DNA of 64,000 nucleotides, from positions 4,651 to 68,650 of the forward strand of contig CAZUJN010000001.1 of assembly GCA_964620475.1 (NCBI GenBank). The letters are read 5' to 3'. Shown one piece after another: positions 48,812-57,775 of this stretch (positions are counted from its first letter, which is position 1; each line of letters starts with the position of its first letter). A program made the position numbers and the translations under genes. The notes below the pieces were generated by a model. That model searched no databases and had not been told where the DNA came from. It saw only the letters and a list, made by a program, of their open reading frames with translations. This DNA comes from an uncultured Candidatus Saccharibacteria bacterium (GTDB lineage: Bacteria > Patescibacteriota > Minisyncoccia > Phycocordibacterales > CAIZLB01).

Positions 48812-48816
48812 TGGAA

Positions 48817-50130
48817 TTAGATTTCGTATTTCCACAAACTTAAAGAGTTTTTATCTTGAAACAATAAGTATTTGTTTGTATTTGATATTTTAATTTTATA
48901 TATATCTATGGAATTACTTACCATGTCTTGTAATGGAATTATTAATTTAAACTCACCGTTTACTGGATTTATTGACCAGATATTATCTGTAAATTCTATA
49001 TTATTTTTATACCAAGCCTCTGGGTAAGGTGCTTGATATAGTTTTTGTGGTATACCACAGAAAATAAGTTTAGAGTCGTTTGACCAAACACATTTATCTA
49101 CTATTGTTGCCTGTGATAAATATGTGTTTGTTTTTGATTTTATATCATAAATAAACGTTTCCAATGTGTTATTTATTATTTCATTATATATAACCTTTTT
49201 ACCATCAGGAGATACTAATGTATTAAATCCATACTTCTCACCTATTATATAAGTGTTTTTACCTTTACCATCAGGGTTTAAAAAGAATAAATACCCAGGA
49301 AAATAAGCACTTGGTTTTGTTGTTAAAGCTATTGTTGTTTTGTTTACATATTGAGATAACCACTCTGATAATACAGTATTTAATACATTTGTTCTTACTC
49401 CACCATCAAAACTAGATAATACACCTGTACCGGTATTATTTATAAAATAAAACAACCTTTTTGTTTCTTTTGATAAAGATAAGTTTGATGAACTTATATT
49501 AATATTACCCACATTTGCATTATATAAAGTTGAGGTTGCTGTATCTTTTATTAGTTTTAAATATGTTGTTGATATTGTCTCGTTGTCATCAGAAACCTTT
49601 CTGATTATTGCTGATATATTGTCTATAAACAAAACTTCTTCTGCCCCTATGAGTGTGAAGTAGGATAGCTTGTTTAAATCTGTTGTAGAGGCCAAATTTT
49701 CGTAAATATTACCTGTTTTCCTATCCCATAAGTATATGAATTCTTGATTCTTATAAATTTTTTTGTTTTTTATAGCCTGAATTACACTTGTTGTGGAATT
49801 ATTTGTGGAGGTAGCGACTTCTTCTATATCTTTATAAACAAAATCAAAACCACTAACAGGTTCTTTCCATATTTGTACTAATTTAGTTTTTGTTGTGTTA
49901 GTTGTTGGATTTTCTACAGATTTTTCATCACCTTCTTGTACATCATTTGACTGTGTTGATGTTGAGACTCTGGTTTGAAAAGGTGTTCTTGTTGGGTTTG
50001 TGTTTGTAACAGTGTTGTAATCAGATAAGTCACCTTGTGACACTTTATAGAATTTATATCCAAAATAAACTCCAAGACCAAATATGATTATAATTAATAT
50101 TATTATTGTTTTTTTGATTATATTTTGCAT
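48817..50130 (-). CDS. Membrane-anchored beta-propeller-like hypothetical protein
   Basis: N-terminal TM, Thr-rich linker, SPDGKK and KCVWS.D blade-like motifs. Confidence 0.6.
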   Translation of the reverse strand: MQNIIKKTIIILIIIIFGLGVYFGYKFYKVSQGDLSDYNTVTNTNPTRTPFQTRVSTSTQSNDVQEGDEKSVENPTTNTTKTKLVQIWKEPVSGFDFVYKDIEEVATSTNNSTTSVIQAIKNKKIYKNQEFIYLWDRKTGNIYENLASTTDLNKLSYFTLIGAEEVLFIDNISAIIRKVSDDNETISTTYLKLIKDTATSTLYNANVGNINISSSNLSLSKETKRLFYFINNTGTGVLSSFDGGVRTNVLNTVLSEWLSQYVNKTTIALTTKPSAYFPGYLFFLNPDGKGKNTYIIGEKYGFNTLVSPDGKKVIYNEIINNTLETFIYDIKSKTNTYLSQATIVDKCVWSNDSKLIFCGIPQKLYQAPYPEAWYKNNIEFTDNIWSINPVNGEFKLIIPLQDMVSNSIDIYKIKISNTNKYLLFQDKNSLSLWKYEI

Positions 50131-50147
50131 TTTATGTTTTTATTATA

Positions 50148-51341
50148 TTATGGATTTGAAATCTGCGCCCTTGCGGTTCCAAATGTTATATTCCATTGAC
50201 CGGCCGGTATGTTCTTTAAGACACTATTACTACCTATTGTTCCGTTTTCATCGTATATGTCTATTGTATTTGCAAACATTATTCCGTTATAAGAAGAGGC
50301 TGTTGCGTCTTCATAAAAACCAACACATGTTCCGTTTATAAAAACAGCTTGACCTGTTGATGGTCTGTATTTTGATATTAAATCAGGTGAAAGAGCTACT
50401 GAACCTTCTCTTAATAAATTATTTGCATTACCTCTTCTTTGTGCTGTGTTTGAATCCGTAATCGAATCTTTTGTTGCACTATACACAGTAACAACAAGTC
50501 TACCATCTGTTGATCTTACTCCGTTTGGTAAGCTTCTTATAAAATTTTCAGCACCAGATTCGGTCCAGCCAAAAACTGAGTTAAACATTGGGTTGTCTGT
50601 AGGGTTTCCTGTGTAAGGTATATTAGGTATTCCGTTGTTTGGAAAACTCCACCCAGGATTTTGATTTAAAACAGCATCTATACCACTAATGTTCCCTACC
50701 CAACTTGATGTTGCTACTGTTAAAACCTGATTTATACCTTTTTGTATTGATTTATCTACATCTATCTCAGATGGATTAAAATCAAACTCAACAAGCTTTT
50801 TATTAACTGTATACAATATTGTGTATGACAACAGACCTAAACCTAAAGCAATGAAACTGTTTGTTAATCTCTTCTTGGCCGCACCTTTTTTACCTACAGC
50901 TTCCTCTGTCATGTATTGTATACCTGATACAGCTATACTTATTACTGTTAACATTATTATTACAGTTATACCAACAGTAAAAAGCATTTTAACTATATCT
51001 TCTGTAGCGTTTGATACATTAACACAGGTTACATTTGGATTCTGTTTACTTTTTGTTAAAGATGAACCTATACCAGGAAAAGAGGTGTCTATACCTGAAA
51101 AAGGTTGATATTGCTTATCTTTTACATAATTACAATCTTTAGATGTAAACAACATTTGAACCAAAGTTTTTTGTTGTTCTGGTGCTGTTGGTGTTATGGA
51201 TGATCCTGGTGTTGTGGCAGGTTGAAGATTTGCAACACCACCTGGAATATTGGTGTTTGTTGGAAGATTAACAGCCGCTGAAACAGATATTGTTGTTAAA
51301 AATATTAGTATATATACTAGAGTGAATAATTTTTTATTCAT
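50148..51341 (-). CDS. VirB2/TrbC-like pilin fused to a 3D (MltA-type)-like domain
   Basis: TM hairpin ...SGIQYMT...AKKRLTNSFIALGLGLLSYTILYTVN; C-terminal VTVYS..D, SVALSPD, YED, IDIY. Confidence 0.6.
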   Translation of the reverse strand: MNKKLFTLVYILIFLTTISVSAAVNLPTNTNIPGGVANLQPATTPGSSITPTAPEQQKTLVQMLFTSKDCNYVKDKQYQPFSGIDTSFPGIGSSLTKSKQNPNVTCVNVSNATEDIVKMLFTVGITVIIMLTVISIAVSGIQYMTEEAVGKKGAAKKRLTNSFIALGLGLLSYTILYTVNKKLVEFDFNPSEIDVDKSIQKGINQVLTVATSSWVGNISGIDAVLNQNPGWSFPNNGIPNIPYTGNPTDNPMFNSVFGWTESGAENFIRSLPNGVRSTDGRLVVTVYSATKDSITDSNTAQRRGNANNLLREGSVALSPDLISKYRPSTGQAVFINGTCVGFYEDATASSYNGIMFANTIDIYDENGTIGSNSVLKNIPAGQWNITFGTARAQISNP

Positions 51342-52631
51342 ATCTAGATTATATCAAATTATTATGAGAGTTTGTATTTTATACTTTCTGACAAGATCTA
51401 TAAACATAAGTTTGTAGTCTCTTTTGTAGGTTATAATAACTAAACCACGATTGTGGTGTGAAGTGATCATCAACCATAGCCTGAGATGAACTGTTTGAAA
51501 CTATTTTACCTGTGCTTGTGTATATACCAACATGACCATGATTTGTTCCAACTGTTGGTGAGATTATTATATCTCCTGGTGTTGCTGCTGAAGGGTCTTG
51601 GCTCACCATACAAAAATAAATACTTGATGATAATGCATTGTTCATATCTATGGTGCTTTTTCCGTATGTATCCTCATCTCTTGTTATTGGCATACCCAAA
51701 GCTTTGTTTATAATATCATTCACAACAAAAGCACAAGCTAAAGCGCCACCAGATGTACCAGTATAATTACATGTCTTTGTACCAAGCATGTCTAAGGCCT
51801 CTTGATTTATTCTTTGGGCTGCCAATGTGTTTATTGATCCAGAACCAAAACCTGCTGTTGGTATTCCTCCTGAAAATGGATTGTTCGGGTTGGTTATTGA
51901 ACCTGGTGTTGTCGGTAAACCTCCTGAAGGAAAACTCCACCCAGGATTTTGATTTAAAACAGCATCTATACCACTAATGTTCCCTACCCAACTTGATGTT
52001 GCTACTGTTAAAACCTGATTTATACCTTTTTGTATTGATTTATCTACATCTATCTCAGATGGATTAAAATCAAACTCAACAAGCTTTTTATTAACTGTAT
52101 ACAATATTGTGTATGACAACAGACCTAAACCTAAAGCAATGAAACTGTTTGTTAATCTCTTCTTGGCCGCACCTTTTTTACCTACAGCTTCCTCTGTCAT
52201 GTATTGTATACCTGATACAGCTATACTTATTACTGTTAACATTATTATTACAGTTATACCAACAGTAAAAAGCATTTTAACTATATCTTCTGTAGCGTTT
52301 GATACATTAACACAGGTTACATTTGGATTCTGTTTACTTTTTGTTAAAGATGAACCTATACCAGGAAAAGAGGTGTCTATACCTGAAAAAGGTTGATATT
52401 GCTTATCTTTTACATAATTACAATCTTTAGATGTAAACAACATTTGAACCAAAGTTTTTTGTTGTTCTGGTGCTGTTGGTGTTATGGATGATCCTGGTGT
52501 TGTGGCAGGTTGAAGATTTGCAACACCACCTGGAATATTGGTGTTTGTTGGAAGATTAACAGCCGCTGAAACAGATATTGTTGTTAAAAATATTAGTATA
52601 TATACTAGAGTGAATAATTTTTTATTCATAT
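50641..52631. repeat. About 703-bp direct repeat (50641-51343 = 51929-52631)
   Basis: Translations identical over about 233 aa; nucleotide spot checks identical; offset 1288 bp. Confidence 0.92.
51379..52629 (-). CDS. VirB2/TrbC-like pilin fused to an NlpC/P60-CHAP-like domain
   Basis: Same N-terminus as the adjacent gene; C-terminal ACAFVV...PGDII...HGHVGIY (Cys/His). Confidence 0.68.
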   Translation of the reverse strand: MNKKLFTLVYILIFLTTISVSAAVNLPTNTNIPGGVANLQPATTPGSSITPTAPEQQKTLVQMLFTSKDCNYVKDKQYQPFSGIDTSFPGIGSSLTKSKQNPNVTCVNVSNATEDIVKMLFTVGITVIIMLTVISIAVSGIQYMTEEAVGKKGAAKKRLTNSFIALGLGLLSYTILYTVNKKLVEFDFNPSEIDVDKSIQKGINQVLTVATSSWVGNISGIDAVLNQNPGWSFPSGGLPTTPGSITNPNNPFSGGIPTAGFGSGSINTLAAQRINQEALDMLGTKTCNYTGTSGGALACAFVVNDIINKALGMPITRDEDTYGKSTIDMNNALSSSIYFCMVSQDPSAATPGDIIISPTVGTNHGHVGIYTSTGKIVSNSSSQAMVDDHFTPQSWFSYYNLQKRLQTYVYRSCQKV

Positions 52632-52633
52632 TC

Positions 52634-53635
52634 TTATTTGTTTGTGTCTATGATATACAATATGTCTTTTGATTGTAGTATTGAGTTTTGGTTTTTTATT
52701 TTTATAGAAAGTTTAGATAATTCATCATCCTTCTTTTTTCTAAAAGATAACTCATTTGATGAATTTTTTATTTGTACATCATTTATATACCAACTATATA
52801 TTGTTGCTAAAGTTGAGTTTATTCCATAATAGAATGGATATGATACTATGGTTGCTTCGTTTTTACTTAATCTAAATTGAGGCTTGATTGTTTTGTTGAA
52901 TAATATTCCTAATAAAGGACTTTTTTCATAACTAATAATTTCTGTATCTAATGTTGGTATTCTTAATATAGCCTCATTGTTGTATGTTTTTGTTACAGTA
53001 TCTTTGTATGAATTTAATGCTGAAACAACCACACTAAATAAAGGCTCTTTTTTTAAGATATCACCTTTGTATGAAAAAGATGAATAACCAGCACCCGAAA
53101 CACTTCCTTTAACAACACCATCAACGCTCCACTTATAATTATTATATGTGTTTGTTAAAGGATTTTCTTGATCAAGGTTTATGGCATTTAGAATAATAGA
53201 TGATTCTGGTGTATACATTGATTTTCCTTTATAAAAAGGTGGTGTATAAGTTCTTGATTCCCATATTAATATAATTTTTTTAGGATCAAATACGAATTGT
53301 TTTTGTATTTTTGAACCATAATTTGTTGTAATCTCTAAATCAACCGTACTTTTTTTATCCAACACAAAATTTATTTTATTTAAACCCACACCAGATTTAA
53401 ATGATTTGTTGTTGATTTTCCAATCAAAAGCGGAATCAGAAATATTTGTACCATACATTTCTGCTGATATTGTGATTGTGTCACCTATGTTTGGTCTTTC
53501 TGGGTAAATATTAAAATATGTTTTCTCTTCTAATTCTGAAAAGTTTTCGGGCCCTGTTGCAGCATATGTATTTGAGGTTAAAAAATAGAAAAAAACTATT
53601 ATAAATATAAGTATAGATTTATAATTTAAATTCAT
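52634..53635 (-). CDS. Secreted Ig-like hypothetical protein
   Basis: Signal peptide; three W.(I/V)(N/D) beta-sandwich-like repeats; TYTPPFYKGK. Confidence 0.6.
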   Translation of the reverse strand: MNLNYKSILIFIIVFFYFLTSNTYAATGPENFSELEEKTYFNIYPERPNIGDTITISAEMYGTNISDSAFDWKINNKSFKSGVGLNKINFVLDKKSTVDLEITTNYGSKIQKQFVFDPKKIILIWESRTYTPPFYKGKSMYTPESSIILNAINLDQENPLTNTYNNYKWSVDGVVKGSVSGAGYSSFSYKGDILKKEPLFSVVVSALNSYKDTVTKTYNNEAILRIPTLDTEIISYEKSPLLGILFNKTIKPQFRLSKNEATIVSYPFYYGINSTLATIYSWYINDVQIKNSSNELSFRKKKDDELSKLSIKIKNQNSILQSKDILYIIDTNK

Positions 53636-53654
53636 AAATTAATTATAACAGACT

Positions 53655-54029
53655 TTAATCTGAATAATAAGTAAAAAACACATTTGCTGTTATACAAGGT
53701 AGATTTCCTATAACTGGTATACCCTCCCCTAATGCAGTAAACGCCATTGATGTTATTTTTGTTAAATCACTAACTTTTAAAATACCAGAAAAAGCAAACC
53801 AAGGTATAAAAATTACTAAACTTAATATAGAGAATGCTATACCAACACCCGGAATCTCACTTAAAAAGAAACTAAACAAATCTAAAACAACAGCAACTAA
53901 AACCATACATATAAAATTTAATGTCACCCCTTTTTTTAAAAGGTTTTGACCTGCATTTACTGCTTGGGTTGCTTTGTTTGCTGGGTTTAATCTCTCTACC
54001 CTGCTTGGTGTTGCTAATTGTGTAGCCAT
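53655..54029 (-). CDS. Hypothetical membrane protein
   Basis: Hydrophobic helices with IPGVG/IPVIG motifs; overlaps the end of virB4. Confidence 0.6.
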   Translation of the reverse strand: MATQLATPSRVERLNPANKATQAVNAGQNLLKKGVTLNFICMVLVAVVLDLFSFFLSEIPGVGIAFSILSLVIFIPWFAFSGILKVSDLTKITSMAFTALGEGIPVIGNLPCITANVFFTYYSD

Positions 54030-55837
54030 TCTTTATTTTTGTCTTTATTAGCATTAGCTAATAATTCTTCTGGGTTAGATGTAATAATGTCATGTTCTGT
54101 TCCTGATGATACAACTTTTAATGCGACGTGTTTTTGACCGGCGAAGAATATACCCTCTCCAACCCCGGACTCCAATAATAAATATTTTTCCTCATCTGTA
54201 AGATTGAATGTCTTTTGAACCATATCTATGGATGAAGGTGATTGTTTTAAAAGAAATTGCATAGATGAGTTTGTTATGATTGGTAGACCATAAGGAGATC
54301 TCAAGAAATCTTCAACATCTTGGGTTATTGTTGAAATACCTAAATAGTATTTACGACCTCTTTTTGCCAATCCAAACAAGAACGAGGCTGTATCTTCAGA
54401 TTTCATCATATACCATGCCTCATCAACAACCAAAAGCCTCTTTTTCAACTCTTTTCTAACAAGATTCCATATGTGATGCATAACTATATACATAGCCACA
54501 GGTTTTAATTCTTCTTCCATATCTCTAAGTGAAAAAACCACAAGCTTTTTGTTTATGTCTAGGTTAGATGGTTTATTTATAAAGCCAGACCAAGTACCTT
54601 TTGTATATTTTGTAAGCCTTTGTACAAGCGACTCTCCTCCCTCCATACCAGCTAATACAAGTTCAAAATCAGACATAAGCGGTGGTTCTATTGCAGCAAA
54701 ATTTGATTCTGGGGTTATGTCTTTAAGTGCATATGTTTCTGTTATTGCTCTATCTATAACAGAATCCTCTTCTGGTGTAAGTCCTCCAAGCATAAGCCTA
54801 AACAACCCTACTAGATTTACTATATGTGATCTTAAAACATCTGCTGGAGACTCATCTTCTCTTGGTACAGGAAGATCGAACGGGTTGATGTGGTTTTCTG
54901 AAGTAAGTGATATGTTAAAATATCTACCACCAAGTGTTTCGGTCATTCTCTCATATTCTCTTTCGGGGTCTAGAACTATAACATCAACATCAAACATTAA
55001 AGATCTCAATATTTCTAATTTTGTTGCGTATGATTTACCTGAACCAGACTTTGCAAAAGTTACTGAGTTGTAGTTTTCAAGCGAAAATCGATCAAATAAC
55101 ACTAAACCGTTGTTGTGTCTGTTTAAACCATATAAAATACCTTTATCTGATGTTAAATCAAAAGATATAAAAGGAAATATACTTGATAATGGTGCAGAAT
55201 TTAGTTTTGAATGCACAGCCATCTCATCAGTTGCTACAGGTATAGTTGTTTTGAAACCTTGTTCTTGTTGAAATAGTGATGGTTTTATAAATACAAGTGA
55301 AGCCTCAAGTGTTGATTTTATTTCTGATTCAACTTTGTTTAATTCTTCTTCGCTATCACCGTATACTGATATATATATTCCCACATCAAATATTTTCTCT
55401 TGTGCTTGTTGTAAATTATCACGCAGCTGCTCTAAGTTTTGATAAGATGCATCAAGTTGAGGGTCACGAACCAAACCTTTTTCCTCTCTATCGTTTATTT
55501 GACTTTGAACTTCTGCAACTTTCTTTTTGAATTCGTTTAATATAACTGATGTATCTATAGGGTGTACAAATATAGAAACATCAAAAGCTTTATCTAGATT
55601 TATTATAGGAGAAAACCAAGAGTCTGAAAGGTATTTTGGGTATGACATGACGAAGAAGCTTCTAACTAGCTTCTCCCCTAAATTAAGGGTCTTGGGACTT
55701 ATTTTTAGTGCAGAGGGTGCGATAATGTCTTTTAATTCTAATACCGCAGATCTATAAATATCTTTCGGTAATATAGAAGTTATTTGTTGAGTTTTGTTTG
55801 TGTTGTTTTTTGGTTTTAAAAAATCTAGAAATCCCAT
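54014..55837 (-). CDS. virB4: VirB4/TraC-like ATPase
   Basis: AKSGSGKS Walker A, DPEREY, INPFD, VVDEAW Walker B, RGRKY, TQD. Confidence 0.9.
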   Translation of the reverse strand: MGFLDFLKPKNNTNKTQQITSILPKDIYRSAVLELKDIIAPSALKISPKTLNLGEKLVRSFFVMSYPKYLSDSWFSPIINLDKAFDVSIFVHPIDTSVILNEFKKKVAEVQSQINDREEKGLVRDPQLDASYQNLEQLRDNLQQAQEKIFDVGIYISVYGDSEEELNKVESEIKSTLEASLVFIKPSLFQQEQGFKTTIPVATDEMAVHSKLNSAPLSSIFPFISFDLTSDKGILYGLNRHNNGLVLFDRFSLENYNSVTFAKSGSGKSYATKLEILRSLMFDVDVIVLDPEREYERMTETLGGRYFNISLTSENHINPFDLPVPREDESPADVLRSHIVNLVGLFRLMLGGLTPEEDSVIDRAITETYALKDITPESNFAAIEPPLMSDFELVLAGMEGGESLVQRLTKYTKGTWSGFINKPSNLDINKKLVVFSLRDMEEELKPVAMYIVMHHIWNLVRKELKKRLLVVDEAWYMMKSEDTASFLFGLAKRGRKYYLGISTITQDVEDFLRSPYGLPIITNSSMQFLLKQSPSSIDMVQKTFNLTDEEKYLLLESGVGEGIFFAGQKHVALKVVSSGTEHDIITSNPEELLANANKDKNKEWLHN

Positions 55838-55847
55838 AATGTATATA

Positions 55848-56465
55848 TTACATCTTTATTGGTTTTTCTGCATCTCCTGGATTAAATATTCTATAAAACA
55901 ATTCAACCAATTCCTCACTTCCTAGTCTTGCAACTTTAACACCACATCTTGCTAAACCTTGTTCAACCACAGATATTCTTTGTTCTAGCTGACTCTTTAT
56001 TTCTTCAAACTCATCATTTTTGTTTTTTGTTTCGTCTTTGTCTTTTTTTAGTATATTTGCAATTCCTTTTGTTGGACTTGATACAGGGTCATAAGGAATA
56101 ACCAAAAAGAAACTCTTTGTCATAATATTTGAACCTTCTGTTAAACCTTTAATGAACATTATGTATTCACTAATTTGTATTTTCATCAAATCACTGGTTT
56201 GAGCCTTTAGTCTCTCCTCCAATAATGCTATATAAGGTCTAATATCTAATTTTCTTGATTGTACATATATTTGTACTGAAAAATCCAGAGAGTTCAAGAA
56301 GTTTTGAAATTGATATATAACAGATTCTTGTTCCTCTGTTGATTTTAATGCAAAGTTTATTGACGTAGCCAATACAACCGCTCTCATAGAGCCATCTTTT
56401 AAGATCATAATACCTTCACGTATTTCATTTATAGGTACAAATTCTTGTGATGGGTTTATTGCCAT
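55848..56465 (-). CDS. VirB4-associated protein (TraC/VirB4 N-terminal-like)
   Basis: INFALKS.EEQ...FQNFLNSLDF.VQI..QSR; lies between prgI-like and virB4. Confidence 0.7.
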   Translation of the reverse strand: MAINPSQEFVPINEIREGIMILKDGSMRAVVLATSINFALKSTEEQESVIYQFQNFLNSLDFSVQIYVQSRKLDIRPYIALLEERLKAQTSDLMKIQISEYIMFIKGLTEGSNIMTKSFFLVIPYDPVSSPTKGIANILKKDKDETKNKNDEFEEIKSQLEQRISVVEQGLARCGVKVARLGSEELVELFYRIFNPGDAEKPIKM

Positions 56466-56466
56466 G

Positions 56467-56538
56467 GGCGACTAGAGAGAATCGAACTCTCGATACAGGA
56501 TCCACAAACCTGAGTTTTGCCACTAAACTATAGTCGCC
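56467..56538 (-). tRNA. tRNA-His(GTG)
   Basis: G-1 plus GCGACTA/TAGTCGC acceptor, C discriminator, loop TTGTGGA, GTTCGATTC T-loop. Confidence 0.92.
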
Positions 56539-56578
56539 ATGCTTGTATTTATATCATATATACAAGCTTTTTTCAATT

Positions 56579-57001
56579 TTACTCTTTATTGGTTGGGTAG
56601 ACATTTTTGTTAACATCCAAACTCCAAGCCAAATCTTTTAACTTACTTTGTGATAGTGAAGGTGCAATTATTGAATCAATACTCTTTGTTTCAATTTCTT
56701 TCTTCTCTGCTGTGACTGGTTTATCTATTTTTTTCCATATATATAATTTTGATTTTGTTACATAAGCAAACCCTGCTGCCAAAATATCAACAAAATCTTT
56801 ATTATTTATTTTTACAAAAGCCAATGAACCTGCTAAGATCCACAAAACTATCATTAATATTATTCCAGGAAAGAAGCCTAATATTTTGTATATTATATAA
56901 GTACCACCTAATCCACCTAATATATAGATAAATTGCTTAAAACTAAATGGTCCTATTATTTTACTATCGAATTCTATAAATTGTGGTACTTGATATCTCA
57001 T
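56579..57001 (-). CDS. PrgI-family protein
   Basis: YQVPQFIE...KIIGP.S.KQF, two TMs, F.KIN. Confidence 0.82.
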   Translation of the reverse strand: MRYQVPQFIEFDSKIIGPFSFKQFIYILGGLGGTYIIYKILGFFPGIILMIVLWILAGSLAFVKINNKDFVDILAAGFAYVTKSKLYIWKKIDKPVTAEKKEIETKSIDSIIAPSLSQSKLKDLAWSLDVNKNVYPTNKE

Positions 57002-57002
57002 A

Positions 57003-57755
57003 TTATTCTATTGGTTCTCTATATATATCGTTTAGGTTTATATTAATTGGTTTTTTAATTTCTGACTGTGTTTTGGTTTCGGATTCCTTAACAATTTTTT
57101 CTTCATGAAATGGTGTCTCTAGCTCTTTGTTTTGTAGTTGATGGTCTGGTTCTATTGGTTTTATTTCTGGTTGTGGGGCTGTAAATTTAATCTCGGTCTC
57201 CACTCTAGGTTTTACTGGTTCTGGTGATTCTATGGCTTTTAATATATCATCTTTTTCTTGATCTATATTTTCAGGTATTTCTTTTATCTCTTCTTTTACA
57301 GGTTCTTTTGCTAATTCCTCTTCTACTTCTTGGTTTATTTTTTCAGCTTCTTTGTAGAATTGTGCATAGGTCTCTGCTTCCTCTTTTTGTTCTATTTCTT
57401 CTTCAGACATAAGCGCTTTTTCAAACTCTTCCTCCTCTTCTTCACTTTTTTCCATCGATTCTAGTCGTTCTCTTATTTTTTTTAATATTTGCATATCAAC
57501 ATCTAGCAATATATCAGCGGCTGTTTCAGAGTTTACGTGTCCGTTGTTGAACATGTTTGAGATAAAATCAGGGGCATCTATATCACCAAACATAAGTTTA
57601 ATAACTGAATCCTCTAAGACTTGTGTCTGGTCTATGTGCAATTTATATTTGTTTTGTATATTAATTAATGATTCCTCCCAATCGGACATCATTACTGCAT
57701 ATTGTAAGTTTTCGGGTAGAGTTTTTAATTTTTCTTCGTAATATGTTTGATTCAT
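57003..57755 (-). CDS. Acidic hypothetical protein
   Basis: LP..LQ.A...Y.LHIDQ N-terminal domain, Glu-rich linker, terminal D.YREPIE. Confidence 0.65.
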   Translation of the reverse strand: MNQTYYEEKLKTLPENLQYAVMMSDWEESLINIQNKYKLHIDQTQVLEDSVIKLMFGDIDAPDFISNMFNNGHVNSETAADILLDVDMQILKKIRERLESMEKSEEEEEEFEKALMSEEEIEQKEEAETYAQFYKEAEKINQEVEEELAKEPVKEEIKEIPENIDQEKDDILKAIESPEPVKPRVETEIKFTAPQPEIKPIEPDHQLQNKELETPFHEEKIVKESETKTQSEIKKPININLNDIYREPIE

Positions 57756-57775
57756 TTTTTTTGTTTTTTTACTTT

